Shown piece by piece: positions 1-8,033 of a stretch of DNA of 15,746 bases. This DNA is from a candidate division CSSED10-310 bacterium. GTDB taxonomy: Bacteria; CSSED10-310. Where the stretch lies: the NCBI GenBank assembly GCA_016927515.1, contig JAFGMN010000019.1, positions 1-15,746 on the forward strand, written 5' to 3'. Positions within the stretch are counted from its first letter, which is position 1, and each line of letters starts with the position of its first letter. The notes under the pieces were generated by a model. That model was given only the letters and a program-made list of their open reading frames with translations. It had not been told where the DNA came from and ran no database searches. Position numbers and translations under genes: made by a program.

Positions 1-128
1 CATAAGCAGACAACCATTGCCGGGAAACTTCGGCCAGGGGTGTTTCCGGATCGCTGAAAACCGGACTGGCAGCGGGTAGAGCGTGTACCGAACACGAGTC
101 AGCAGGCCATTTCGCAAGCCGGATCAGC

Positions 129-1640
129 TCATGACTCAGGATGTCCAGATTCCGTTGGACCATTTTTTCCAATCGCTTTCCAGTAATCGAGCAAAGCCTC
201 GATAATCTGATCTTGAATCTGTTTCGAATCCCGATGCCGGGACCGGTTATTGTTGATCAAGATAGAAAACGCAAGCCCTTTGCCTCCTCGTCCGTCAACG
301 AGACCGGTCAAACATACCACATTATCGATCAACCCCGTTTTGCCGCGAACCAACCGCTTTTCTGGATGATCCTTCAACCGGCGACGTAACGTTCCATCGA
401 CGCCGGCAACAGGCAGCATCGTGACAAATTCCGGACCAAACGACGATTCGTTGACGGCATATCGCATGATATCGACGAACTGCCGTGCCGATATCCGGTT
501 GTTCATCGACAGTCCGGATCCATCACTCATCACCATTCCCTCCGTCGAAACGCACCCTGTCTTCTGTAGATAGCCGAGGATTGCATCGAGACCCTGGCGG
601 GTTGTGCCCGGTTTTCCATGTACCTCCGCCGCAATGGTTTTAACCGCTTGCTCCATCATGAAATTGTTCGAAAACTTGTTTGCTTTTTGCAGAAGAATGA
701 AAAGGGGATCCGACTGGTAAAGTGTTACCTCGCCAGCGGAATCCGGTGTTTTTCCGGGCTGGACGGTTCCCCGGACAATGACGCCGTTCTGTTCGAGATA
801 GTGTTTGAACGCGTATCCCGCATAGCGAGCGGAATCGCTGACATGCCGATAATAGGACTGAGTCTCGCATCCAGCCGGCATCCTTCCTTTGACCACAAGC
901 GAGCAGAAACCATCTTGTTCCTTGATGTCCAAAATCAGCGTTATCTTACTCCCTTTTTCACCGGTTGTTGGTTCACCCGATACCTGAAAATACTCCAATG
1001 CGGGATCGGCAATGATTGTGACGGGTTGACCTGGAAGCGAACCGGGCGTTGCCACCACGGAAACTGCATTGAAATTGAATGCCAGGCCACCGGTCGGCGC
1101 GTTGTACCACAGAGGCATTTTAATTCGTTGCCAATCCGGAGACGGGATACCGTTGTCATCGAAAATGGAACCATCGGCGACGATATCTCCTTTCACTTCC
1201 CGGATACCGGCGGTATATACCTGATTTGCAAGAATCCACAACTGCTCTTTTACAAGAAAGGGATCTCCACCCCCGATGATGTATAGATTACCTTCGACGA
1301 TTGCCTGCGTTCCCGATTCATCCCGCATGACGTGAGTTGAAAACGCATATTCCGGCGACAGCAAACCCAGTGCACCGATGGTTGTCAGAATTTTTTGATT
1401 TGATGCCGGTTTCAGAGGCAGATCGGGGTTGTGCTCAAACACGCTTCGTCCGGTCGACAGCTCCGACACGTAAATCCCTACCTGTCCCTCCCGGCAGACA
1501 CGATGTCCGAGTACGGCTGTTATTGCTCGATGGAGGTGGTCATCAGCATTGAGCACCGAGTTTTCATCCGCCGTCACGGGCAGACCGATCAAGAGAATAC
1601 AAATCACGTGTAAGCAGAGAAATCGTCGATAAATTGTCAT
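129..1640 (-). CDS. dacB: Secreted D-alanyl-D-alanine carboxypeptidase/endopeptidase, PBP4 (peptidase S13, DacB family)
   Basis: The 512-aa ORF 129..1667 starts with GTG. An internal ATG at 1640 (MTIYRRFLCLHVICILLIGLPVTA, a signal peptide) is preceded by GGGAGAG and is the more likely start. The three class-C PBP active-site motifs are visible: SxxK (PASNQKILT), a DGSGLSMNN stretch resembling the E. coli PBP4 DGSGLSRHN region, and KTG (RGKTGLIDN). Confidence 0.85.
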   Translation of the reverse strand: MTIYRRFLCLHVICILLIGLPVTADENSVLNADDHLHRAITAVLGHRVCREGQVGIYVSELSTGRSVFEHNPDLPLKPASNQKILTTIGALGLLSPEYAFSTHVMRDESGTQAIVEGNLYIIGGGDPFLVKEQLWILANQVYTAGIREVKGDIVADGSIFDDNGIPSPDWQRIKMPLWYNAPTGGLAFNFNAVSVVATPGSLPGQPVTIIADPALEYFQVSGEPTTGEKGSKITLILDIKEQDGFCSLVVKGRMPAGCETQSYYRHVSDSARYAGYAFKHYLEQNGVIVRGTVQPGKTPDSAGEVTLYQSDPLFILLQKANKFSNNFMMEQAVKTIAAEVHGKPGTTRQGLDAILGYLQKTGCVSTEGMVMSDGSGLSMNNRISARQFVDIMRYAVNESSFGPEFVTMLPVAGVDGTLRRRLKDHPEKRLVRGKTGLIDNVVCLTGLVDGRGGKGLAFSILINNNRSRHRDSKQIQDQIIEALLDYWKAIGKNGPTESGHPES

Positions 1641-1716
1641 GACTCTCCCGAGTAAGTAGGCAGGCACCCCGATTCGGGTCAGTGCACAGTCCGTGTATCT
1701 GGGTCGTCGGTCGATT

Positions 1717-2118
1717 TCATTTCAGCAGGTCGTCATCGATTTCATGCATCATGGTCTCATGAAAACGCGCCGCCTTGGACGCATCTTTCCTTTCCATCAC
1801 CCGGTCCTGCAGTTTGCCGAGAATGGTTTTTTCCTTGTATCGAAGAACGACCTCACCCAGTTGCAGCAGATCATCATGTTCCAGCAGTGTCGCTTCAGAA
1901 AGACGTTTTCCGTTGATGAACGTTCCATTGCTCGATTTCAGATCGGTAACGAAATACTGATCCTCAGTCAACCGCAGTTGAGCATGCCGCCGGGAGACTG
2001 ATTTATCGTTGATTTGAACCAGGTTGACCGGCGATCGCCCGATCGTCAGAACGGCTTGACGTAAATGATAACTGTCTCCTATACCTGGTCCTCTTTCAAC
2101 AATCAGCCACCCGCTCAT
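1717..2118 (-). CDS. FHA (forkhead-associated) domain protein, 133 aa
   Basis: Canonical FHA signature: TIGRSPVNLVQINDKSVSRRHAQL ... DLKSSNGTFINGKRL. AGGAGG lies 6 nt upstream of the ATG at 2118 on the minus strand. The gene sits 50-77 nt upstream of the PBP4 gene on the same strand. Confidence 0.85.
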   Translation of the reverse strand: MSGWLIVERGPGIGDSYHLRQAVLTIGRSPVNLVQINDKSVSRRHAQLRLTEDQYFVTDLKSSNGTFINGKRLSEATLLEHDDLLQLGEVVLRYKEKTILGKLQDRVMERKDASKAARFHETMMHEIDDDLLK

Positions 2119-2375
2119 GCTTTGCCTCCTGAATCACTCACCGTCCGGCGGGAATTACAGTCCAACCCATCAAACAACCCCGGCTGGCGATACGTCAGAT
2201 ACGCCGGACATCTCGAAGCATACCGACAGGACACCTTGCAGATCTCGATGTTGATCCGGGGATTGTTCCGTCGCTTGGGGCACACAAGATAAATCGTTTC
2301 CCGACGCGTTTCCATTCCCTTATTTTACATAAACCTGTGCGGTAAACCACCAGTTTTTTCATTCGCATAAAGCTC

Positions 2376-2402
2376 TTGCTCCTGCATCCCATTCATTGTA
2401 AT
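2376..2402 (+). promoter_or_regulatory. Candidate sigma70-type promoter for the ankyrin lipoprotein gene (-35 TTGCTC, about 15-17 nt spacer, -10 TGTAAT/TAATTT)
   Basis: TTGCTC at 2376-2381 and TGTAAT at 2397-2402 (5/6 match to TATAAT) lie about 40 nt upstream of the ATG at 2442. This is hexamer matching by eye only. Confidence 0.2.
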
Positions 2403-2441
2403 TTCTGAAAGTCATTGGTTTCGAACAGCTGGAGGTGTTTC

Positions 2442-2966
2442 ATGATTCGATTTCTATGCGCATTTATGACTGTATTGCTGATCGCGGGCTGCTCATCCGA
2501 GATTCCGAAGAAAGCGGAACAGCCAGCCACGGTCGATACACAACCTGAACAACCGATGGAACCCAAGCGGTCCAGCGAGCCGGAACCGGATACGATTTTT
2601 TCGGCTGCTGCCAAGGGTCAGTTGGCCACGATTATGCGCCTGCTGGATGAAGGCACCGATGTCAATCTGAAGGATGCTTCAGGAATGACTGCGTTGTCAT
2701 GGGCATCGATGCGGGGCCGAGCCGGAATTGTCCGCTATCTTCTGGAACACAATGCCAATCCCAATATCCCCGATGACAAAGGACTGTATCCGCTGCACAA
2801 AGCGTGTCTTTTCGGCGATGAAAGCGTTATCCAGAATCTTTTGGATTTCAATGCGGATGTAAATGCGGCAGGTCCCGAGGGAGTCAAGGCCATTGATATT
2901 GCTCGTCGGATGAAACGGGAAAAGGCGGTTGAACTCCTCGAAATCGCGATGGCCAAAAAGAAATGA
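2442..2966 (+). CDS. Ankyrin-repeat lipoprotein
   Basis: GGAGGTG at 2431-2437 precedes the ATG at 2442; the longer ORF from 2415 lacks an RBS. N-terminal MIRFLCAFMTVLLIAGC has the features of a lipoprotein signal peptide with an LIAG-C lipobox. At least three ankyrin repeats are visible (FSAAAKGQLATIMRLLDEGTDVNLKDASGMTALSWASMRGRAGIVRYLLEHNANPN..., GLYPLHKACLFGDESVIQNLLDFNADVN). Confidence 0.8.
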   Translation: MIRFLCAFMTVLLIAGCSSEIPKKAEQPATVDTQPEQPMEPKRSSEPEPDTIFSAAAKGQLATIMRLLDEGTDVNLKDASGMTALSWASMRGRAGIVRYLLEHNANPNIPDDKGLYPLHKACLFGDESVIQNLLDFNADVNAAGPEGVKAIDIARRMKREKAVELLEIAMAKKK

Positions 2967-3098
2967 TCTGTCCATCTGTTCAGAGATAAACGAACCGTCA
3001 GAATTCCTCGGTATCGATCAATTTCCTGGAACCGGGGCATACCATCTACTGGCTGGAACCACGTATTGATTCGGATCCGGCAGCGCTGAATGGATCTA

Positions 3099-3135
3099 TC
3101 TCCGGCTTCTCTCCGATTGCTCTCCGGTTTCTCGG
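3099..3135 (+). repeat. Direct repeats of (T)CTCCGR at 11/11/9-bp spacing in the 5' region of the metalloprotease gene; possible regulator-binding array
   Basis: CTCCGG at 3100, CTCCGA at 3111, CTCCGG at 3122 and CTCGG at 3131. The roughly one-helical-turn periodicity places them on the same face of the helix, about 170-200 nt upstream of the GTG at 3300. Confidence 0.25.
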
Positions 3136-3299
3136 AATCGCTGCATTCTCACCCTGCCATTGAACCGCCAGTAAATCGAAGCGGATATGATCTCAGGAAA
3201 TGCATGTGATTGGCTGCATTCAGGGGCTCGGGTCCGAATTTTGCAGTGTTTGGGTTGGGTTTTTGGTTGTCACACAACTCACTATCAGGGGGAAGCAAC

Positions 3300-6200
3300 G
3301 TGAAAGGGAGATTTCAATGGTTATCAGTCACATTGGTGATTCTGTTATCGCCGATGTCCATACTGACCGTATCGGGATTCGATATCCCGGAAGAGAATCC
3401 GGTATCCCGGGCACTTCTTGTCGTACCGCATCAGGACATCCAGGTAACTCCATCAGTGGAAAACTTTTTCCATTTTGACGGAACTCGCCCGGCCATCGCC
3501 GGATATGATCAATTCCTTAACCGGTTCGGCGCTCAATGGGATATTCAGTACGACCGGCGCAATAACCGGCCGGACATCATTTCCGGACAGGGTATTCCGA
3601 TGATACCGGGAGCTGGAAACGAGTTAACGATGAAGGACGTGCTACTCGATGGGCGCTCGATTCAGAGCATCGATGCATCGATCATGATCGATCTCACCCG
3701 GCAGTTCATTATAGACCAGAACGATCTGCTCCGACTGGACCTGTCTCAATTGGAACCCGATCTGGATAATACCCTGACATTCGGTTCCAACAACCGGATC
3801 TGGCTTGTGCATTTCAAACAGGTGTATGCCGGAATCGAAGTCAAGTTTGCCGATGTCTTCTTCCGATATAATGCCGGTAACCTGACGCAATTCGGCGCGC
3901 ACCGGTATGTGGATATTCCGGACGGTCTGAGCGCGATTCCTGAAGTGAAAGGAGAAGATGCCCTGACCATTTCTGTGAATCATGCTGAGACGGAGTGTAC
4001 CGGTGAATTGGACGTATTTGAATCGCCGGAACTGTTTTGGGTCCCGGTATTTAGTGATGCTGATGGCGTGAAGAAGCCGGGCGAGATTTACGATGGCCCA
4101 GCCGGTGAGGGATATGGGCTTCGCCTGGCATGGGAGTTAAAGTTTCGTCTGTTGCCGAACGCTGAAACGTGGTATTCCGTCGTCGATGCTCAGACCGGCG
4201 AAATCCTCAGTTTCCGTGATTCGAATATGTATGAGTCCGTCTTTGGCGGAGTCTATCCCGTGACCAATTTGGATCCGGAAGTACTGCTCCCATTTCCATT
4301 CGTCACAACATCCGCAGGAAATTCGACGTCTGGCGGTCAATTCAACTCCGCAGGATCGACCTCTGCTGATCTGAACGGCCAATATGTCCGAATCAGTGAC
4401 AGCTGTGGCGCTATCAGCCTCAGTTCCACCAGCGATCTGGATTTCGGTTCCAGCGGCGGTCAGGACTGCACGACGCCGGGTTTCGGTGGTGCTGGCAACA
4501 CGCATGCGTCCCGCTCCTGTTTCTACCACCTCAGCCAAATCAAGTTCAAAGCCATGGGATACCTCCCCACAAATACCTGGCTGCAGGGAAAAGTCCGATC
4601 GAACCTGAACATCAACAATACGTGCAACGCATATTGGGATGGCAGCAGCGTTAACTTTTACCGGTCTGGCGGAGGCTGTTCGAACACGGGTGAAATCGCT
4701 TCAGTATTTCTGCATGAATGGGGTCACGGTCTTGATTATAACACCGGGACATCGTCCAGTGAAATGGCGTCAGCGGAAGGCGTCGCGGATTCCATGAGTT
4801 TTCTGCAGACAGGTGTTGCCTGTATCGGACACAACTTTACTCCGGGCGACCCCTGTAGTTTCGGCTGTGGTAGCGATTGCACCGGTGTCCGGGATCCCAG
4901 TGTCCGGCCGGCAATCAGTCCATCAACTATTGCTTCGAGTCCGGCCGATTGTGATCGCTGGAGTTGCCCATATAGTGGGTACGAAGGAATTATGGGATAT
5001 GAAGGGCATTGTGAATCCCTGATTTCCGGTGGAGCGGTTTGGGATGTAGCGACCAATTTGGCAACCTCGCACGGAGCGGCAGGATGGGAGTTGGCCAACC
5101 GGATCTTTTTAGAGGGAATGGGGGATTACCGTGGCGCGTATCAACTGGTATCTGGTGGAACCTGTAATCCGAGTGCTGTCGTCAATGGATGCGGAGCGCA
5201 AAACTGGTTTACCGTCTGGATCTTCATGGACGACGATAACGGCAATCTGGCTGACGGAACGCCGCATGCGGAGCAGATTTGGGATGGATTTGCGAACCAC
5301 GGGATCGCTTGCGGCAACCGGCCGGTCAACTATACCGTCTGCGCCAATCTGGCGACCCCCATTTTAACCGCTGTGCCCGGAGATGAATCGGCGACATTAA
5401 GCTGGACCAGCGTTCCAAATGCCGATCGCTATATCCTCTACAGAAACACGGCGGGATGCACGTTTGCCATGAATATCATCGCCACAACCAGTTCGCTCCA
5501 ATACGTAGACACGACCGTGGCCAACGATTTTACTTACTATTATGCCGTGCAGGCGGTCGGACTGAACGATCAATGCCGCAGTCTGTTCTCCACCTGCACT
5601 CCGGTTGAAATAACCGGATGCATCAATCCACCATTGGTCAATGCCGGAAACGATGTGGAAACGTGCCCCGGGAATGCCGTGACACTGGGCGGGAACCCGA
5701 CAGCAACCAACGGTACGCCACCGTTCAACTACCTGTGGACTCCGGGCAACCACACAACAGCAAACCCCGTTATATATCCCAATCAGACAACAACCTACAC
5801 AGTCACCGTCACCGATGCCATCGGATGCGTCGGTATGGATTCGGTTACCGTGATTATGGACGCTCCCGCTGTCAACGCCGGATTCGATCAGTTCACGTGC
5901 GCGGGATATTGCGTGCAACTCGGCACCGCTCCCGTTTCCGGTTACGTCTATTCCTGGACACCCACCACAGGTCTCAGTAATCCGACCATCGCCAATCCAA
6001 CTGCCTGCGTAACGGAAACAACCCAATATACAGTGACCGTAACCGCCGACGGGTACCTTTGCCAGGGCCAGGATCACGTCTCTGTTTTCGTCGATCTGCC
6101 GTCCCTGGCAGTATCGAATGTCGAAATCCTGTCGGATTCCGGTGACGGCGACGGATTTCTGGAAGCGGGGGAGAGCGGCGAACTCCGTATCTCCCTGATG

Positions 6201-7853
6201 AATCAAGGGTTTGTTCCTTCATACGATACTCTGGCCTATTTGACTCCATCGGATCCCTACCTGTACATCGTGAGTGATCCACAATTTATCGGCGATATCG
6301 GATTCGGCGGAATGGAGCAGTTCACATGCACGGTAATCGTCGATCAGCGGCATTCCTGTCCGGTGATCCAGGTGGTCGAGATCGGTTTGGAAGCCTGCGG
6401 AGGTTCAATTCAGGGAATTCCGATGAATCTGACCCTGGGTCAGCCCGGTGGTACGGAATTGATCTATTCCACCGGATTCGAAGGACCGGACGACGAAGGC
6501 TGGACCCACGCGCAGGTCCAAACTCAGGACGACTGGCAGCGGGATGTACCACAGGGAACCAGTAGTTACGATCCTGGCTCAGCCTATGAGGGTGCATATT
6601 GCTGGGGTAATGATCACGGCCAATCGGGATGGGACGGAAACTACAAGAATAATGTCAACAACTATCTCGAATCCCCCTCCTTCAATTGTTCCGGAAAAAC
6701 AGGCGTTAAAATCCAGTTCATGCGGTGGTTAAGTGTTGAAGAGGGTGTTTACGATCAGGCTTCCCTTTCAGTGAACAGCAATGCTGTCTGGCAGAATCCG
6801 GCGAGCGGTAACCATCTCGATACCAGTTGGATCCCTCTCGAATACGATATATCCACTTGGGCCGATGATAATCCCAGTGTGCGCATCCGGTTTACACTGG
6901 AATCCGACGAAGGTCTGACCTTCGGTGGATGGAATATCGATCAGTTCGCTATTCTGGCGGACAGCGATCCGGAATGTGATGTGTTCGATTGCGATGCCGC
7001 TGAAGCTCTCGCCGGGAACGATCAGAGTGTTCCCGCTGGTTCCCAGGTCACCCTCGATGGTAGCGGATCGTATGTGACTGGCTGTGTGTCCGGAGTCGAA
7101 TATCGATGGATCGGCGGCGGATTACCCGGCAGCTGGACCGATGATCCCATTGCAGTAGATACCGTCACTTCCGCCACAACGTATTCACTGACTATCCGGT
7201 GTGCCGCAGGGCCCGGTGTCCCTACCTGCACAGACAGTGACACCGTGACAATCTATATCAACGGTCAACCCACTCCGACAAGCATTCCACCAACCTTCAC
7301 TCCAGTACCCGATACACCCACACCGACCATGACCGCAACACCCACAGCCACGCTCACCCCAACCTTCACTCCGACGCAACCCGCAACCGCCACCCCCACA
7401 CCGACAACCCCACCCGGAGAACCAACAAATACACCATTCCCAACCAATACTCCGACGCCAACGCATACGAACCCACCCCAACCAACGTCCACTTCAACAC
7501 CCGAGCCCCAGACAATCCATCTCGATCTGTTGATGAGTCAATCGATATTCCAGAGCGGTGACTGGTTTGATTTGACAACACACGTTTGGAATCCCGGACC
7601 CGATTACCCGGTCGACGAATATCTGATGCTCGAAGTGTACGGCAGCTATTGGTTCTATCCTGACTGGTCCATGACCCTCACACACAACTTCCGCATGCTA
7701 TCTTCGGGAGATAACTATCAGACGATTATGGCATTCACCTGGCCACAGGTTTCGGGATCCGCTTCAGGTCTCCACTTCTTCTATGTCCTGACGAAACCGG
7801 CCACATTCGAAATTGTCAGTAATCTGGCCACTGCTACATTCGGCTATAACTGA
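3300..7853 (+). CDS. Secreted multidomain zinc metalloprotease of about 1517 aa, thermolysin/fungalysin-like (clan MA gluzincin, M36/M4-like), with FTP/PepSY propeptide, FN3, three PKD/SprB-like Ig repeats, lectin/MAM-like domain, Pro/Thr linker and unknown C-terminal domain
   Basis: The ORF track starts at TTG 3210, but the in-frame GTG at 3300 is preceded by AGGGGGAAG at 3287-3295 and gives a classic signal peptide (MKGRFQWLSVTLVILLSPMSILTVSG). The propeptide (VHFKQVYAGIEVKFADVFFRYNAGNL) looks like FTP/PepSY. The HExxH motif is HEWGH at 4713-4727 (VFLHEWGHGLDYNTG); its downstream AEGVADSMSF aligns with the third-ligand Glu region of fungalysin (EGWSDF) and thermolysin (NEAISDIFG). TLSWTSVPNADRYILYR...YYYAVQAV is FN3-like. 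Two tandem 80-aa repeats (NAGNDVETCPG...TTTYTVTVTDAIGC and NAGFDQFTCAG...TTQYTVTVTADGYLC) and a third copy at aa 1258-1352 are present. An 82-aa PT-rich linker follows. The stop at 7851-7853 is followed by an intrinsic terminator. Confidence 0.85.
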   Translation: MKGRFQWLSVTLVILLSPMSILTVSGFDIPEENPVSRALLVVPHQDIQVTPSVENFFHFDGTRPAIAGYDQFLNRFGAQWDIQYDRRNNRPDIISGQGIPMIPGAGNELTMKDVLLDGRSIQSIDASIMIDLTRQFIIDQNDLLRLDLSQLEPDLDNTLTFGSNNRIWLVHFKQVYAGIEVKFADVFFRYNAGNLTQFGAHRYVDIPDGLSAIPEVKGEDALTISVNHAETECTGELDVFESPELFWVPVFSDADGVKKPGEIYDGPAGEGYGLRLAWELKFRLLPNAETWYSVVDAQTGEILSFRDSNMYESVFGGVYPVTNLDPEVLLPFPFVTTSAGNSTSGGQFNSAGSTSADLNGQYVRISDSCGAISLSSTSDLDFGSSGGQDCTTPGFGGAGNTHASRSCFYHLSQIKFKAMGYLPTNTWLQGKVRSNLNINNTCNAYWDGSSVNFYRSGGGCSNTGEIASVFLHEWGHGLDYNTGTSSSEMASAEGVADSMSFLQTGVACIGHNFTPGDPCSFGCGSDCTGVRDPSVRPAISPSTIASSPADCDRWSCPYSGYEGIMGYEGHCESLISGGAVWDVATNLATSHGAAGWELANRIFLEGMGDYRGAYQLVSGGTCNPSAVVNGCGAQNWFTVWIFMDDDNGNLADGTPHAEQIWDGFANHGIACGNRPVNYTVCANLATPILTAVPGDESATLSWTSVPNADRYILYRNTAGCTFAMNIIATTSSLQYVDTTVANDFTYYYAVQAVGLNDQCRSLFSTCTPVEITGCINPPLVNAGNDVETCPGNAVTLGGNPTATNGTPPFNYLWTPGNHTTANPVIYPNQTTTYTVTVTDAIGCVGMDSVTVIMDAPAVNAGFDQFTCAGYCVQLGTAPVSGYVYSWTPTTGLSNPTIANPTACVTETTQYTVTVTADGYLCQGQDHVSVFVDLPSLAVSNVEILSDSGDGDGFLEAGESGELRISLMNQGFVPSYDTLAYLTPSDPYLYIVSDPQFIGDIGFGGMEQFTCTVIVDQRHSCPVIQVVEIGLEACGGSIQGIPMNLTLGQPGGTELIYSTGFEGPDDEGWTHAQVQTQDDWQRDVPQGTSSYDPGSAYEGAYCWGNDHGQSGWDGNYKNNVNNYLESPSFNCSGKTGVKIQFMRWLSVEEGVYDQASLSVNSNAVWQNPASGNHLDTSWIPLEYDISTWADDNPSVRIRFTLESDEGLTFGGWNIDQFAILADSDPECDVFDCDAAEALAGNDQSVPAGSQVTLDGSGSYVTGCVSGVEYRWIGGGLPGSWTDDPIAVDTVTSATTYSLTIRCAAGPGVPTCTDSDTVTIYINGQPTPTSIPPTFTPVPDTPTPTMTATPTATLTPTFTPTQPATATPTPTTPPGEPTNTPFPTNTPTPTHTNPPQPTSTSTPEPQTIHLDLLMSQSIFQSGDWFDLTTHVWNPGPDYPVDEYLMLEVYGSYWFYPDWSMTLTHNFRMLSSGDNYQTIMAFTWPQVSGSASGLHFFYVLTKPATFEIVSNLATATFGYN
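7266..7511 (+). repeat. Low-complexity Pro/Thr-rich linker-coding region (CA-rich, G-poor on the coding strand) inside the protease gene
   Basis: Encodes QPTPTSIPPTFTPVPDTPTPTMTATPTATLTPTFTPTQPATATPTPTTPPGEPTNTPFPTNTPTPTHTNPPQPTSTSTPEPQ. Its skewed composition generates spurious Gly/Val/Trp/Cys-rich antisense ORFs at 7185..7581. Confidence 0.8.
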
Positions 7854-7876
7854 TACCGGCTGACCAACCCATAGAC

Positions 7877-7908
7877 GGTGATCCCTTGTTGGATCACCGT
7901 TTTTTTTT
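7877..7908 (+). terminator. Rho-independent terminator of the metalloprotease gene
   Basis: A perfect 8-bp stem GGTGATCC (7877-7884) / GGATCACC (7891-7898) with a 6-nt loop CTTGTT, followed by a T9 run at 7900-7908, 24 nt after the stop codon. Confidence 0.85.
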
Positions 7909-7994
7909 ATGATAGTCTCCTTCCCGATCGATCGGATCACCGGGAATAAGCTACGATGAACCACAATGAAGAAACCCAATGAAACGACTCGGAA

Positions 7995-8033
7995 ATGAAC
8001 GCGATGAAAAAGCAGGTTAAAAAGGCACGGTAA
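7995..8033 (+). other. Possible 12-codon Lys-rich leader uORF (MNAMKKQVKKAR) whose TAA stop overlaps the ATG of the downstream kinase gene (TAATG)
   Basis: ATG 7995 ... TAA 8031-8033 shares its final A with ATG 8033. The uORF sits in a cluster of five ATGAA pentamers between 7956 and 8008. Only a weak SD (GGAA) precedes it, so it could be a chance ORF in an A-rich leader. Confidence 0.2.

Noticed and set aside
1-128. Region downstream of the PBP4 stop; a minus-strand ATG at 1-3 could start another gene that runs out of the window
   Set aside because: There is too little sequence to assess. No terminator hairpin or recognisable motif is present.
618-1286. 222-aa plus-strand ORF overlapping the PBP4 gene
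   Set aside because: It is antisense to a gene with the full SxxK / DGSGLS / KTG motif set, with no domain signature of its own.
2119-2441. Small ORFs (2065..2292 +, 2115..2315 -, 2195..2392 -) in the FHA/ankyrin divergent intergenic region; also checked for tRNA or ncRNA
   Set aside because: No RBS and no conserved-looking peptide. GTTTCGAAC at 2418-2426 resembles a T-loop, but no cloverleaf can be built around it. The region is more likely a divergent promoter/5'UTR.
2967-3010. Weak hairpin (TCTG...CAGA) after the ankyrin gene stop, considered as a terminator
   Set aside because: The stem is only 4 bp with a 10-nt loop and no T-tract, so it is not a credible intrinsic terminator.
3050-3066. 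Possible sigma-54 promoter (TGGAAC-N6-TTGA) upstream of the protease gene
   Set aside because: Spacing between the GG and GC/GA elements is one base too long, and the -12 element is TTGA rather than TTGC. This is not a convincing match to TGGCAC-N5-TTGC.
5397-6206. 269-aa ORF on the minus strand, plus other antisense ORFs at 3642..3983, 4137..4538, 4736..5098, 5974..6282 and 7185..7581
   Set aside because: They lie entirely antisense to the well-supported multidomain protease gene. Their composition is Gly/Cys/Arg/Val-rich, as expected for the reverse frame of a Thr/Pro/Ala-rich coding strand. No RBS or recognisable motifs.
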